Shown here: in pieces, positions 48,633 through 63,219 of the stretch
Layout of the letters: every line of letters starts with the position of its first letter
Position numbering within the stretch: position 1 is the stretch's first letter
Assembly (NCBI GenBank): GCA_024679065.1
Contig: JAGIQG010000013.1
Coordinates: 19,220,001-19,284,000 of the forward strand
Source of the DNA: Sphyrna mokarran
Taxonomy: Eukaryota
Reading direction: 5' to 3'
DNA length: 64,000 nucleotides
Position numbers and translations under genes: made by a program
The notes under the pieces: model-generated
The model's database searches: none
Seen by the model: the letters and a program-made list of their open reading frames with translations, nothing else
Told to the model about the DNA's origin: nothing

Positions 48633-49129
48633 TTGAAATGAACTTTCGGTGTTTAATTTTTGTTTTTAAATATATACCAACAATCAAATAACTTACTAAA
48701 AAGTTATTTTTAACTTAAAAAGTTAAAAATAAAACTTTTTTTATTTTAAAATAAAACCATATGTGACAATTAATGACATGTTTCTCTAAAGCCCAGCAAA
48801 TCTTATGTGCTTTTCATTCTGGTATCATTCCATTCTTTCTGAATCTACCCTGTAAAACCCTGTTAGAATTATATGCTTCTATGAAATCCCCTCTCAATCT
48901 TCTAAACTCCAATGAATACAATGTTAACTGTTTAGTCTTTCCTTATCCCAGGAATCATTCTAGTAAACCTTCGCTGCACTCCTATTACAGCAAGGATATC
49001 ATTTCTCAAATAAAACTACATGCAATATTCCAGGTGTGGCCTCACCAATGCCATATACAATTGCAGTGAATTGTTTTAAGAATTTTTTATTGTGAAATTT
49101 TGTGCAGACTTACGCTAATGAATGAACCG

Positions 49130-49900
49130 TGGGGCTAAATTAAATATTCTCCCCAAATTAGGGTTTGGGATTATGTTATGTGATTCACCATCATGTTCAA
49201 GCAGACACAGGCAGAACACAAGTATCATGCCCCTATCTGTTTCCATGACAGAGTATGCAGCCCAGCAGTAACAGTAGTGCTGTGTTCATACCACAGCAGG
49301 AACCTGCACTTGCATAAGGCCAGCACTACTAATCTAATCTGCACTACTTAAAAGTCTAACTGCACCAATTAAAGCAGAGGTGAATTCTGCCTGCAGTAAC
49401 ACTTAGGCAACATTTGAAGGCCTTTAGGAAAGAGTCCAAAAGCATAATGCTTGCTCCCAGGTTTTCAGATGTGGTCCAGGAGTTGTTGGTGTTGGAGACT
49501 GACCAAAGGAGAGACAATCTCACCCACCTAAAGACCAGGAGACTGTCCAGACAAGTGCCTGGAAGGGATGAGCAGTAAATCACTGTGGTGGTCAATGACA
49601 ATATTCTGGAGATAGGACCTGGAGTGAGTGCCACAAGAGATTTAACGATCTCATACGCAAGTGGATGCATTTAAATGTGACATATCCTTCTAACAGCACC
49701 ACTAGTCTCAACAGCACTCCATTCATACCATCTCCACTACTAATCAACAATCAGTGTCAATTACAACTCAAACCTCAAATTCATATTCTTTAAATCACAC
49801 ACTATCACAGCTTCCTGATGCTACCAGCTATTCAACTGTGGCAGGCACACCACAAAAATATATTGTACTACAATTACTGGCATGTCTTCCTCTCTGTTTC
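49130..49900 (+). mobile_element. PIF/Harbinger Myb/SANT-like remnant
   Basis: MLAPRFSDVVQELLVLETDQRRDNL (about 49447) ... ECHKRFNDL (about 49626). Confidence 0.6.
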
Positions 49901-50449
49901 TCATAGGAAAGTGGCCCACTTTCCACATGTTCTTTGCAAGTAAAGCTCACTTATCCCCCACAGCAATATAAAAATCAGTGCAAGCTGTATCAGAAGTGAA
50001 TAGTAAAAGTCCACTTGCCTGTAACATAAGAGTAATCAAAAATGAAAATACTTAATTGGAGGAGGATTATTTCTCATTGAGCTGAGGAGGGATCTGTCTT
50101 GAATAACTTGGGAGTCAAAAATTAGAAGACAGAAATGCAATGGGGCAATGGACGGCTTTTCAAGAGGTGATGACTTGAATATGTTTTTGGCTCATTCTAC
50201 CGAAGGAAGAAGGGAGCAGAGACATAGAATCACAAGATATAGGAGCAGAAGTAGGCCATTCAGCCCATCAATTCTACTCTGCCTTTCAAAGATACTACAA
50301 ATGATCTGATATAAAGTTATTACATATGATGTTAAAACCCTAGAGTACAAAGCAGATTTACCAATATTATGCAGGAATGAGGAAATTTGGAAACAAGAAA
50401 AAATTGGAGTCATTGGGCTTACTCTCAAAGAAAAAAGTATGAAGAAAAT

Positions 50450-51595
50450 TACAGCAGAGGAACAGGCCCTTTGGCTCTCCAAGCCTATACAATCATGTTG
50501 TCTGACTAAACTAAAACCCCCACCCTTCCGGGGACCATATTCCTATTCTATTCATGTATTTATCAAGATGCCCTTAAAAGTCGCTATCATATTCACTTCC
50601 ACTACCTCCCCTGGCAGTGAGTTCCAAGCACCCACCACCTTCTCAGTAAAAACTTGCCTTGTACATCTCCTTTAAACCTTGTTCCTTGCACCTTAAACTT
50701 AAACTCCCTAGTAATTGACTCTTCTACCCTGGGAAAAAGCTTCTGACTATCCACTCTGTCCATGTGCCTCATAATCTTGCAGACTTCTGCCAGGTTGCCC
50801 CTCAACCTCTGTAGCTCCAGTGAGAACAAACCAAAATTTCTCCAAAATCTCCTCATAGTTAATGTTCTCCATACCAGGCAACACCCTGGTAAATCTTTTC
50901 TGTACTCTCTCTAAAGCCTCCACATCCTTCTGGTAGAGTGGTGACGAGAATTGAACACTATATTCCAAATGCAGCCTAACTAAGGTTCTACAAAGCTGCA
51001 ACATGACTTGCCAATTTTTAAACTCAATTCCCCGGGTGATGAAAGTAAACATTCCATATGCCATATGCCTTCTTGATTACCTTCTCCACCTGCGTTGCCA
51101 CTTTCAGTGACTTGTGTATCTGTATACTCAAATCCTTTTGTCTATCAGTATTCTTAAGGGTTCTGCTATTTACTATATTATATATAGTAAATATTTTAGT
51201 AAATATATATAGTATATTTTCTATCTATATTAGACCTTGCAAAATGCATTATTTCACTCTATCTACCATTTCTCTGCCCAAGTCTCCAACTGACCTATGT
51301 CCTGCTGTATCCTCTAATGGTCCTTATCATTTTTGACAAATCCACCAACCTTTGTGCCATCCACAAACTTACTAATCAAACCAGTTCCATTTTCCTCTAG
51401 GTCATTTATATATATTACAAACAGCAAAGGTTCCAGCAGTGATCCTGAGGAACGCCACTTCTCACAGCCCTCCATTCAGAAACACGCCCTTCCACTGCTA
51501 CCCTCTGACTTCTATGATTGAAGAAATTCTGTCTCCACCTTGCCAGCTCACCTCCAATCTCATGCGGCTTTACCTTCTGCACGAGTTTGCCATGA
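50450..51595 (-). mobile_element. 5'-truncated CR1 LINE, degenerate
   Basis: AYGMFTFITRGIEFK..LVRLHLEY..LERVQKRFTR; SGVPQ; CR1 tail at about 50450-50485. Confidence 0.9.
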
Positions 51596-51609
51596 GGATG
51601 CCCCAGTCC

Positions 51610-52820
51610 ACCAGGAGACAAGGAAGGCTAGGAGGTGACATTATTAAAATGTTCAAGATTCTGAGGATATTCTGTTTCCACTCGTTGGTATGTCAGTGAG
51701 TAGGGAAGATATAATTTCAAGATGGTCAGTAGGAGAGCTGGGAATGAGATGAGGAGAAACTTCTTTACTCAGACAGTTGCAGGATTTGGAATGTGCTACG
51801 GGGGAGAGTGGTGGAAGTGAATTCCACTGGAGATTTCAAAAGAGAGCTGGATATTTGCAAGTGATGAATTTAAAGAATGATGGAGGAGATAGGGTTGGAG
51901 AATGGCCCAAGCTGGGTTGCTCTTTCTGGAGCTAGTGCAAATACGATGGTCCGAATGACCCCTTTCAGTGCTGTAAAAAGGTTTGATTTATAATCCTTAT
52001 CTCCACTTTCCTGCCTTATCCTCACAGCCAAGGCCATTGCTCCCTGGATAACAAAGGCATGGGAGAGTAGGAAAAACAGAAAGGGAGAGCGTGTGACAAA
52101 CTTCAACTTAATAATACAAGGGAGACTCAGGCTGAAGGTGAAATGGAAATGAAAAGGAAATAAGAAGGGCAAGTTGATGGATGCAAATAGCTTGGTGATT
52201 AGCAAAAAGGTTCAGAGGTTTTCAATGGCATATGAAGAGTAAAAGGTTACCATTGTTGGGCCTTATTAGGGACTAAAATAAAATTCTATTAGTGAATAGT
52301 GGGAGGTATGGCCTAGGTACTTAAACAAGAACTTTGAATGCATATAAACTAAGGAAGTGGGTTTTGACAGAGTTCTGGTAAATGAGAAAGTTGTTGAGAA
52401 AAGTAAATATAGAAGAGGGGCCAGAAAGGCTGCATTGATTAAAGTAGGTAACTGCTCTGATCCTGATTATTATGTTGCTAAGAGAAGTAAGAATAGATAA
52501 TTATAGATCTCTGACCAAGTTTCTCAATTCTTCTCAGATATTAGATTGGAGTCAAAAATATTGAAATCTGCAACTATTATACTCTGGATTAAAAAGGAGT
52601 GAGGGTAAACCTGGCAACTCCAACTATCAGCTGAACACTGATAGTATGGAAACATTTATAAATATTAATAATATTGAAGACAATTAACAGCCACTGGGAC
52701 AAGCATAGGTAAGAAAAGGAGGACCAGCACATATCTGTTAAGGAAAAATTATATCTCAATAAATTCACTGAGTCTTTGATGAGTGGGGTAACAGTGGGAG
52801 GCAACATAGTTGACATGGTC
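51610..52820 (+). mobile_element. Old CR1 fragments (3' end 51610-51990; RT region 52200-52820)
   Basis: RLGGDIIKMFKI, FFTQTVAGFG remnants and GGCCGAATG-like tail; highly degenerate. Confidence 0.6.
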
Positions 52821-52829
52821 TTTTACTCA

Positions 52830-55170
52830 GTTATGGACATCACTGGATAGCCAGCACTTATTGCCCATCCTGAATTACCCTTCAGAAGGTAATGGTGAGC
52901 TTCCTTCTTCTTCCACTGCAGTTTCTGTGGTGCAGTTATAACCACAGTGTTGTTCGGGAGGAAGTTCCAGGATGTTGGCCCAGCAGCACTAAAGCAACAG
53001 AGATACATTTCCAAGTCAGGATGGTTTGGAAAGGAAATTGCAGCTTGTGGTGTTCCATTGTGTTCGTTTCTCTTGTCCCTCTCAATAGTAGTTGTTGCAA
53101 TTTGGAAGGTGCTGTCTAAGGTATCTTGGTGAGCTCCTGAGGTGCATCTTGTAGGTGGTACACACGGTTGCCACTGTGTGGAAAAAATGGTTCGGACCAA
53201 TATTCTTATTTCCCCATGTTATTGTTAATCCATTTTAAAGTATACAAGTAAAGTTTATTTATTAATCACAAGTAGGCTTACATTAAAACTTCAATGAAAT
53301 TTCTGTGAAAATCCCCTAGTCTCCACACTCTGGTGCCTGTTTGGGTACACTGTGGGAGAATTTAGCACGGCCAATCCACCTAACCCATTCATCTTTGGAC
53401 TAGTTGAGATCAGTATTCTTATTTTCCAGTTTTACTAGTTTTTCCCTTCTGGGGAGGGATTCATAGAGTCATAGAAGTTTACAGCATGGAAACAGGCCCT
53501 TCAGCCCAACTTGTCTACGCTGCCCTTTTTTTTAACCCTCCTCCCCCCAAGCTAATCCCAATTGCCTGCTTTTGGCCATATCCCTCTATACCCATGGTAC
53601 CCATGTAACTATCTAAATGCTTTTTCAAAAGACAAAATTGCACCCGCCTCTACTACTACCTCTGGCAGTTTGCTCCAGATCCTGAATGTTTATGGAAAAG
53701 ATAGAAATCAAGCAGGCTGCTTTGTCCTGGAAGGCATCAAGCTTCTTGAGTATTGGAGCTGTACTCATCAAGGCAAAAGAGAGCATTGCATTATACTCCT
53801 GACCTATGCTTTGAAGATGGTGGTTAGATTTTTGAGGAGTCAGGAGTTGAGTTAGTCACTGCAAGATTCCTAGCTTTTGGCCTGCCCTTGTTGCTACATT
53901 ATTTATATGGTTAATCCAGCTCAGTTCCTGATCAATGGTAACCTCGCAGGACATTGATAGTGGAGTATTCAGCAGTGCTTAAGGGACAATGCTTAGATTC
54001 TCTCTTGTTGGAGATGGTCATTGCCTGACACTTCTGTGACACAGATGTTACTTGCTGCTTGTCAGCCCAAGTCTGGATAGTGTCCAGGTCTTGCTGCAAA
54101 TGGATATGGACTGCTTCAGTTTCTCAGGGGTCATAAATGATTCTCAATATTGTGCAATCATCACAAAACATTCCCACTTTGGACTTTATGTTGCAAAAAC
54201 ATCATTGATGAAACGGCTGAAGACAGTTGGGCTGAGTTCACTACCCTGAGGGACTCCTGCAATAATATCCTGAGACTGAGATGTTTGACCTCTGACAACC
54301 ACAACCATTTCACTTTGTGCTAAGGTATGACTCCAACCAATACAGAATCTTCCCCCTGAATCCCATTGATTCCAATTTTGCAAGGGCTCCTTGATGCCAT
54401 AATCAGTCAAATACTGCCTTAATGTCAAGGGCAGTCACACTCACCTCAGCTCTGGAGTTGGTTCCTTTTGTCTATGTTTGAACCAAGGTTGTAATAAAGT
54501 CAAGGACCCTTGCAGAACCCAAACAGAGGTTAGTGATCAGGTTATTGCTGATAGTATTGTTGATGACCCCCTTCTATCACTTTGACAATTCAGAGTAGAC
54601 TAATAAAGCAATAATTGGCTGTGTCTGTCAAGACATACTTGGCAGTTTTCCACATTGCTGGATAAATACCAGTGTTGTAGTTGTACTGGGACAGCTTGGC
54701 AAGATACATGACAAGTACTGGGCACAAATCATCAGTATCATTGCCAAAATAGTGTCAGGCCCACAGCCTCTACAGTATCCAACACGTTCAGCTATTTCTT
54801 GATAATCCATGGGGCGAATCAAATTGGCTGAAGACTGGCATCTGAGATGATGGGAATCCCCAGAGGAGGTTGAAACAGATCATCCATTCAGCATTTCTGG
54901 CTGAAGATCGTTGCAAATGCTTTAGCCAAATCTTTTGCACTGATATCTGGGTTCCTCCATCAGTGAGAATGAGGGTATTGGTGGAACCACCCCCTCCATT
55001 AAATTCATTAATTGTCCCCCACCATTCACAATGGTGGATGTGACAGGACTACAGAGCTTAGATCTGATCCGATGATTGTGGGATAGCTTAGCTCTATTCA
55101 TTGCTTGCTGCTTATGTTGTTTGGCATGCATGGAGCCTGTTTTGCAGTTTCATTAGATTGATACCTCATG
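52830..55170 (-). mobile_element. Degenerate LINE (same family as 9410-11940) with 3' end at about 52830, interrupted by SINE and CR1-tail inserts (53250-53685)
   Basis: AGVPQGSELSPTVFSRFIND; AKQHKQQAMNRAK..HN.RIRSKLCSP. Confidence 0.8.
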
Positions 55171-56384
55171 GATGAGTCACGGGGAGTGAGAGGTTAGACT
55201 GAAGGGATGTTTTATATAATTTTAAAACTTTTGGATACGGGGTCAGAGCCCTGAGACAAGACTTCCACCATCTCAGCTCTGCATTCAATTCCCAGCATCT
55301 TTTTCATTACTTCTGGAGTTAACCACTCCAAGGTCTAGTATAGCCCACAACCCCCCCTCCATCCCTCACCCCCCAAAAGGTTTGGACTTTTTCTTGCCAC
55401 TGGGACATACTTATTGATCTCCTTCTAATTTCACTCATCCCTTCCATCCGTGGGCTCATCCGGTGAATCAACTACCAGACTCATTCCTCAGTTACCTTCA
55501 GCTTATTTGTTCATTGATAACAGCCTTACTGTGGACATGGTGCAGAGACAGCAGGAGGAAAGCAGCAGTGTCATACTGGTGTGGGGTGAAAGATTTTGCA
55601 TTTGAAATAAGAAGTGAGAGGGGTACAATAACCCAACAGGAAAGAACCATTCAGACCAGTGTTCTTATTTCCCAGTTTTTATTCCCCTTCTGGGAAGTTT
55701 AGGTGCTCATAGAAGAAGACAGTGATAGAGAATATGGGGCAGACTAAAGTATGGTACTGGCAACAACACCACTGCTGCAAGTTGGACAAGATATCTCCAA
55801 ATAGGGAAGCTTTACTAAAGGGAAGGAGTCATAATCACTCAGTCAGATTTCTATCAAGATCACAATGCTGATACATCAACACCACCCACTATGTGGACAT
55901 ATTGCAGTCTTGACAGAAACCTGTTTGAGTGAGTGCTTATGACTCCCTCCCCACAATGAAGCTTTCCTATTTGTGGAAGGATAACGTTTCCAGTCGGATC
56001 ATCCTGACTCAAAATACTGTCAAGATTTTCCGGTCTTGTTTGCCCCGAAACCAGAAAGTTCTGCCCAAGATCAATGGTCTCTTCCATGGTCTGCCCCTCG
56101 CCCAATTCCTGTGGCGGCTGGGATGGTAAAATGCGCCTCATTAACTCTGTTTCTCTCTCCGCAGATGCTGTCAGACTGGTTGAGTTTTTCCAGCTGTTTT
56201 CATCCCACTAACCTTATTGATTAATTTATGCACTACTCATTACACTTTAGTGATTGGTGTGCACGAACCTTCAATCTCTTTTCACCTCCAATGACCTAGA
56301 TTTTCGCCATTTGGGAATTACTTAGATTTAGCTCTTGTGGATCCAAAATAGACAATGTCAGAATTAACTGTATCAATCTTTAGA

Positions 56385-56675
56385 AACATAGAAATATGGA
56401 AGAGGAGGAGGACTCTACCTGGCCCTTTGAACCTGCTCCACCATCCCTTACGATCATGGCTGATCATCCAACGCAATCCTGCTTTTCCCTCATAACCTTT
56501 GATCCTATTCATCCCAAGTGATATATCCAGCCGCCTCTTGAATAAATTCAATGTTTTGGCATTGACTACTTCCTACTGTAATGAATTCCACAGACTCACC
56601 ACTCTTTGTGTAAAGAAATGTCTCCTCACCTCTATCCTAAATGGTCAACCCTGAATCCTTAGACTGCGACCCCCA
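56385..56675 (-). mobile_element. CR1 3' end
   Basis: TAGAAACATAGAAA tail and ORF2 terminal remnant (FKRRLDI.L). Confidence 0.75.
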
Positions 56676-57565
56676 TCACTTCCCCACTTTAGCCTCATAG
56701 CTTGAGATAAGTGGAAATTATTGGGAACATTGTCTTAAGCCATGTATAATATGTAACCCATGAGGATTCATTCTACAAACTGAATGGTCCCGTGAGACAA
56801 AATGTTTGAATATCTTTGACCTAAACAGTTCTCATTAAGGTTCATTTGGTTTACCAGCTGTGGTTAAAAGTAAATGTCCTTCTGCCTCTCAGTAGCCCAA
56901 TGCTAGCCCGCTGATCATCTCGATTAGTGAATCAAATATACCAGAGACCTGCTTAAATATCACAGACCAGCCTGACCTTCTTTTGTGTTTATTTATGTTA
57001 TGGTGGTCTACCCACATAGCAGCTATCCTCAGAATTAGTCAAGCTCTTTAAAACCATCAAAATTCAAACATGCATTCGAAACTAGGGCTGAGAATTGAGA
57101 GAGCTTTGGATAATTACGACAAAAGCATTACAACTTCCTTACCTAATCTATTTAAAATCCTGAGGTGGAAATTATCAGATCCTGCAGTTTATTGCTCTTT
57201 AGTACTTATTTTTCCTAACATTGATTTGATCTTGCTGATGTTAAATTAAGTGAGTTCCTGTCCTTGGTTGATCATCAATATTCTTGGAGTGACAGAAAAT
57301 CTTGTCAGTTTCTTGTTTGCATTTATGGTGTTGCCCACATCTGTTTCATAAAGGACCCATGTTATTTTTGGTTATCATTTACTTCCCAGTCTAATTGTAA
57401 AAACTGTTCTGCGTTAGTCTCTTTGTTAGAAGTGTTTGGCATGTCATGCGCACTTGGGAAAGTGTTTTTGGGGAACACAAAGTCACATTACATGTAATAC
57501 ATCTAACTTAATCAGTAAAATCTATCAGAATATGAGGTTGAGCTGCAGAGGGCTGGAGAACAGTG

Positions 57566-57826
57566 GGCGGTATGGTGGCACAGTGATTAGCACAATAGAT
57601 AGCATTGCTGTCACACAGCACCAGGGACCTGTTTAAACCCTGGCTTGTCTGTGTGGAGTCTGCACATTCTCCCTGTGTCTGTGTGGGTTTTCTACAGTTC
57701 CCTCTCACAGTCTGAAAGACACGTTGATTAGGTGCATCAACCCAGAATTTGGCGACCAGGATAATTTCATAGTAACTTCATTGCAGTGTTAATGTAAGCC
57801 TCGCTTGTGACTAATAAATAAACTTT
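57566..57826 (+). mobile_element. HE1-like SINE
   Basis: Head, core and tail. Confidence 0.88.
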
Positions 57827-58984
57827 ACCTGTTTTAAAAAAACTGAGGGAACAGACAGCCCCTGACCCTTCAAAGTAGGCAGCCTGGAATTGGAACATAA
57901 GCTAACACCTACATTTGTTGTTTCACAGGACTGTTCACAGGACAAAATTTAACACTGGGCTACATGAAGAAATTTTAGGTTGGTGACCAAAAACTTGGCC
58001 AAAGAGGTAAATTTCCAGACTGTATCTCCCCCACCACCCACACTCCTGCGATGCAAAGGTGGCTTTCCATTGGCTGGCAGTCGGAACTTCCTATTCCGCC
58101 AAATTTGCCTGGCTTGCCCGTCCCACAGCCTGGGAACTCGTGGGTGTGGGGGGTTGGGGGTGAGACAGGGGAGTGGGGGGCACTTCAGCAGGAACAGAAG
58201 ATCCTGCCCCTTAGTTTTTAAAAGGCACTTTAACAAAAATGGGGGAAGCGTAGGGAGGGAATTCCATAGCTTGAGGCTCACACAGCTGAAGGCACACCCA
58301 GTGTTGGAGCTGGTGGCATTTGCTCACTTTTCCAACATGAAACTAATAAGATTGCTGACACTAGGATAAGGAGCCATGTAGACAAAGGGAGATAATTTGC
58401 AGAAACCCTGAGGAGTGATAGTAACTGCTGACAACCAAAGCCATACTCAATTTGTTACTGGGTCTAATAATAAAAAATAAACTCTTGTCTACTGACATCC
58501 TAGATTCTCAAAGCATGTGCAAATTTAATGTTTAAAATATATTGGTTATCTCTGATGTGGGTTGTTGAGCATTACACCGATAGATATGAAAGAAAGCCAG
58601 ACTCAATTGTGACCTTTAAGCTGATCTACAAGTTTGCTGATTCTTAAGATGATCCACAGGTGATGAATGAGTTAGAATTGATGCACCGAGATGGCAGAAA
58701 GATGTTTGCTGAATGCAACCAAACTGACATCCGGAACACAAGACACCATTAACTAGTTAAATATTCTTTAATGAGAAAGGATATCTAGAACAGAAATATT
58801 CAACAATAACTATCATATGCATTGCATCTCTTCTCCAATTCTACGCTCAAAGGGAATGTTCACAGCAAGAAGAGGACGTCACAAACGCTGCAATATTGAA
58901 ACTATGTGCATAATGGGACATTTGATAGTTTTGATATCACACAAGTTAGTAGGCAATCTCACACTCTGCTGAGCATGAATACAT

Positions 58985-59410
58985 GTCACAGGAAATTACA
59001 AAAGATTGTGAATGTAGCCCAATCCATCACACAAACCAGCCTCCCATGCATTGACTCTGTCTACACTTCCTGCTGCCTTGCCAAAGTAGCCAGCATAATT
59101 AAAGACCCCACACACCCTGGACATTCTCTCTTCCAGCTTCTTCTATCGGAAAAAAGATACAAAAGTCTGAGATCACATAATAACCAACTCAAGAACAGCA
59201 TCTTCCCTGCTGCTATCAGACTTTTGAATTGTTCTGTCCAGCATTAAATTGATCTTTCTCTACAGTGTAGCTATGACTGTAACACTACATTCTGCGCTCT
59301 CTCATTTCCTTCTCTATGAATGTTATACTTTGTCTATATAGTGCGCAAGAAACAGTACCTTTCACTGTATGCTAATACATGTGACAATAATGAATCAAAT
59401 CAAATCAAAG
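58985..59410 (+). mobile_element. Rex1/Babar-type LINE 3' end
   Basis: RKLQKIVNVAQSITQTSLP..IIKDPTHPGHSLFQLL; (AAATC)n tail. Confidence 0.88.
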
Positions 59411-59729
59411 CAAAAATCTTATCAATTTTGCACAAATTATGTGGGGAATAATGAGGCCAGTCAGAATGAGGAGGTGCCCAGCTTTGTGGCGCTGGTTGAC
59501 TTCCCACAGGTCGAGGGATTGCACATGTGATAATCAAGGAGCTCCTGGATCACCCTAGAATCTTCCATAACTGATAGAGCCTCCACTCTATCACTAATGT
59601 ACATCTTATGTGTAACCACAAAAAAAGTTAGCAGGATTTGCAGGGGGCAGCCATGATAATTTCATCCTACGTTGGTCAAGCGTCCCTGTGAGGCCACAGC
59701 TAAAAGCAGAGTGTGTGGCTGCCTCCTTG

Positions 59730-60103
59730 GAATTTATGAGGGGCACAGATAGAACGAACAGATGGAAGCTCTTTCCCAGGTTGGAAATGACAAACATGGT
59801 ATCACAAATCCCTTGTTGTGTTGTGGTTTGTTCTTTGTTCAAGGTAAGGTTTGTGGGGGGGACAAGGTTCAATGCAGACATGCGGGGGACATATTTTATA
59901 CAGAAGGTGGTGGGACCTGGAATGCACTACCAAGCAAGGTGGATGAGGCAGACATGTTAAGATCATTTAAGACTTATCTAGATAGCCACACAAACAGACT
60001 GGAAATAGAGAGATACGAACAAATGGTCTAGTTAGGAACACATGATCGGTGCAGGCTTGGAGGGCTGATGGGCCTGTTTCTGTGCTGTATTGTTCTTTGT
60101 TCA
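59730..60103 (+). mobile_element. CR1 3' end
   Basis: MRGTDR..KLFPRLE..WNALPSKVDEA; tail GGGCCTGTTTCTGTGCTGTATTGTTCTTTGTTC. Confidence 0.85.
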
Positions 60104-60244
60104 CTCCAGACTAGGCTGATGACGCCCATTAGGCAACCAGACAATGATGCCCAGGAAAGGGACAATAGCAACCGCCTGACTACCAGAGTTGTCATTGAAT
60201 AAGTATGGGGAAACTGAAAATGCATTTCCAAGGGGTGGAAAAGT

Positions 60245-60520
60245 GACCACAATGATTAGCACTGCTGCCTCACAACACAAGGGATCCAGGTTCAATTCTG
60301 ACCTTGGGTGACTGTCTGTGTGGAGTTTGCACATTCTCCAAGTATCTGCTTGGGTTTCCACTGGGGATTTCAGTTTCCTGCCACACTTCAATGATGTGCG
60401 GGTTAGGTCGATTAACCATAACCAATTGTCCTTTAGTGTCCCAAAATGTTTTGGTTAGAATAAAAAGCCATGATATTTATGTGGGGCTGAAAGGCCTCCT
60501 TCTGCATTACTCTATGAATT
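60245..60520 (+). mobile_element. HE1-like SINE
   Basis: Head and core. Confidence 0.85.
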
Positions 60521-62281
60521 CTAAGTGCCTGGCCTGATCTATGGGGTGCCCTTCAGTATGTACCAACTTGGATTAGCAATGATAATGATCCGTTGTGCAT
60601 TAGCCCAGCAGCCGAGACTGCGGGAGAAAGAAGGTGCTGGGAGCGCTGTCTCTTTGAGGCAGTAAGAGGAGAAGGAACATAATGAGAATTAGGAAGAGGA
60701 GGAGGAAGTTGAAATGGCACAGGCAGCCATGCCAGTGTAATGACTGCTGGAGACGCCAGGGGCATCTGAACTTAGACTGAATCAGTGAACCCACCTAACA
60801 GACAACTTCAGCGCCAGTTTGGCCCAGTGCTCACCATCCCCCAACATAAAGCTACCCCACAATCAACACAGCATCCCTGTCACAGACCTCCACTGCCCAT
60901 CTTTAATTCCCAATTTACTCTAAGCTACTTACCTGGCACCAGACAGAAATAGAAAATACGTAAAAATAACTAGAAATGTGCAGAAAAATTCAACAGAAAA
61001 TGAATAACCTTAACATTATTAAACACTCATTGTATACCCTAATGTATCACAATTCCTTACTCTTCCCACAGCTGGATCCAGCAGAGATACAGACAGAAAG
61101 CTCATATCCTGACTCAGGCTGTTGAGATACTTTAGGTTATCATTCTCTAAGAGACCTGTGAATTATGTTCAGTCTGCACCAGTGCAGGGACAGGCTTAGC
61201 CAGCAAGAGATAGCATCTGTGGCTTTAATGGAGGGAGTGTAAGGGAGAAGGATTGAGATTGCTTTGAGCAGAGACCCCCACCTCTAAGTCCCTTCTTCCA
61301 ACTTCCCTCTCATGATCCATACTTGCCTGTCTGCTATCAGCGAGCTTGAGAGCAGTTTGCTGCAAACCAATGTGGTTCTGAAGGACTAAGATGATGTTTT
61401 CATTGTTCCTGTTTTAGCTGCCTGTTTGACTTTTACTGCCCATTAGTGAGGACCAACATGCACTCCTTTGCCAGCAATGTCAGATGTTTCATGTAAGTGG
61501 CCATGCTTTGTATGGAACTAGATAGACATCAGTGTGAAAGCTTGAGATACCATGGCATTGCTTCCAATTTCTGTCCACATGCACAGAGTTCAGCTGGAAT
61601 GGCTGACAGAACCTTCACATTCCAGAACTGTGTTGTTCATTAAAACCCCAAGTTTAGGACCTGCATTCAAGTGAGCAGAGCTTGGAGTATTCTGCTCCTT
61701 CCAATAGGATTTTCCATTGCTGTACCTGTGGTGTATGAGACACCAGATAAAAACCTGTCTTGGTAATCTCACACAGTGCGTGTGTCCAACCTGGTGAATG
61801 GTGCAAATGTTCCTTGTTTCCTCCCTCCTTTTCTGCTTCTTTCTTTGGTTGTGTTATCAATCCACTAAGACCATTCCAAAATCCACAGAGTTTATCAAGA
61901 TCACAAATCAACCAGGCACATTCACCGCTCTGTACCCATCTCTTTTAAAACTTGGGATGTCGGTCATTAAGTTCAGACTATTTGGTCCCATTAATTCCTA
62001 TCTACTATTTTATTTACCAATATTAATCACTTCAAATTCTTTCATTAGCCCATTGATTTCCCAATATATCCGGTATTTTTTTTGTATTTTCTATTCTGAA
62101 CACTGATACAAAATATGTGTTTCTGTCTCTGCCATTTCTTTATTCTCCATTATATTTTCTTCTATCTCAGTCTTGAAGACATTTACTACTCTCTTCCTAT
62201 TTACTTACTTGTAGAAGCTCAGAAAAACTGGTTTATATTTCTTGCTAGTTTACTTTTCTATTCTGTACATCCCTTATGTCA

Positions 62282-62580
62282 ACACAGTGGCACAGTGATT
62301 AGCACTACTGCCTCACAGTGCCAGAGACCTGGGTTCAATTCCTGGGTTGGATCACTGTCTATGTAGAGTCTGCACTTTGTCTGCGTGGGTTTCCTCTGGG
62401 TCTTCTAGTTTCCTCCCACAGTCCAAAGATTTGTTGGTTAGATGCATTGGATGTGCTACATTGCCCCATCATGACAAGGGGTTTAGCAGGGTATATATGT
62501 GGGGTTATGGGAATAGGACATGAGACGCATTGTCATCACTGATGCAGCCAAAAGGCTTTCTTCTGTATGATAACGATTCT
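62282..62580 (+). mobile_element. HE1-like SINE
   Basis: Head and core. Confidence 0.85.
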
Positions 62581-63219
62581 AAGATTCTAGCTATATAATT
62601 GGTTTTATGTAAGTTTAACACTAGATTCAGGTTTAAGTACATCACTCTTGAATTAAATGTGAAATTCTATTATTTTATCATGATCACTCTTCCCCAGACG
62701 ATCTTTTCATGTGAGACTACTAATTGCCCCAGTCTCAAATATACTCTTAAAGCCAGCCCTTGTAAAACCATTTCTACACAGGCACGTAAAAAGATGTGCT
62801 CTGTAGGGCTCTTTAAGAACACAGTAGATTTATTTACAGTTCTCATTTGATCAATTATGGCTATCTGATTATTAATCTAGGTCAAAGATATATAAAATGG
62901 CAATGCTACCTTCTGTTATTTCTTTATCTGCATATCTAGAACTAATTGAAAACAAATGCATTCTCTAGGCTATTGTACATGACTTTATTGTGTGCCATAG
63001 TGAACGGAGAGATCAAAATCCAAGTGTGAATTTGGGAAAATTTTGATTTCAAGAGCAACTAAGATGATATTAAAAATCAGAGCCAACTCATATAATGAGT
63101 CCATGTGATACCAGTTGCTTCTCAGAGGCTCAGTTTCGCCTCTGAGAAAGATTAAGAAGAAAGAAAATTGAGAAGGAAGAAAGATTGAGAAGGAAAAATT
63201 CCACTTCTCGCTCACTAGA

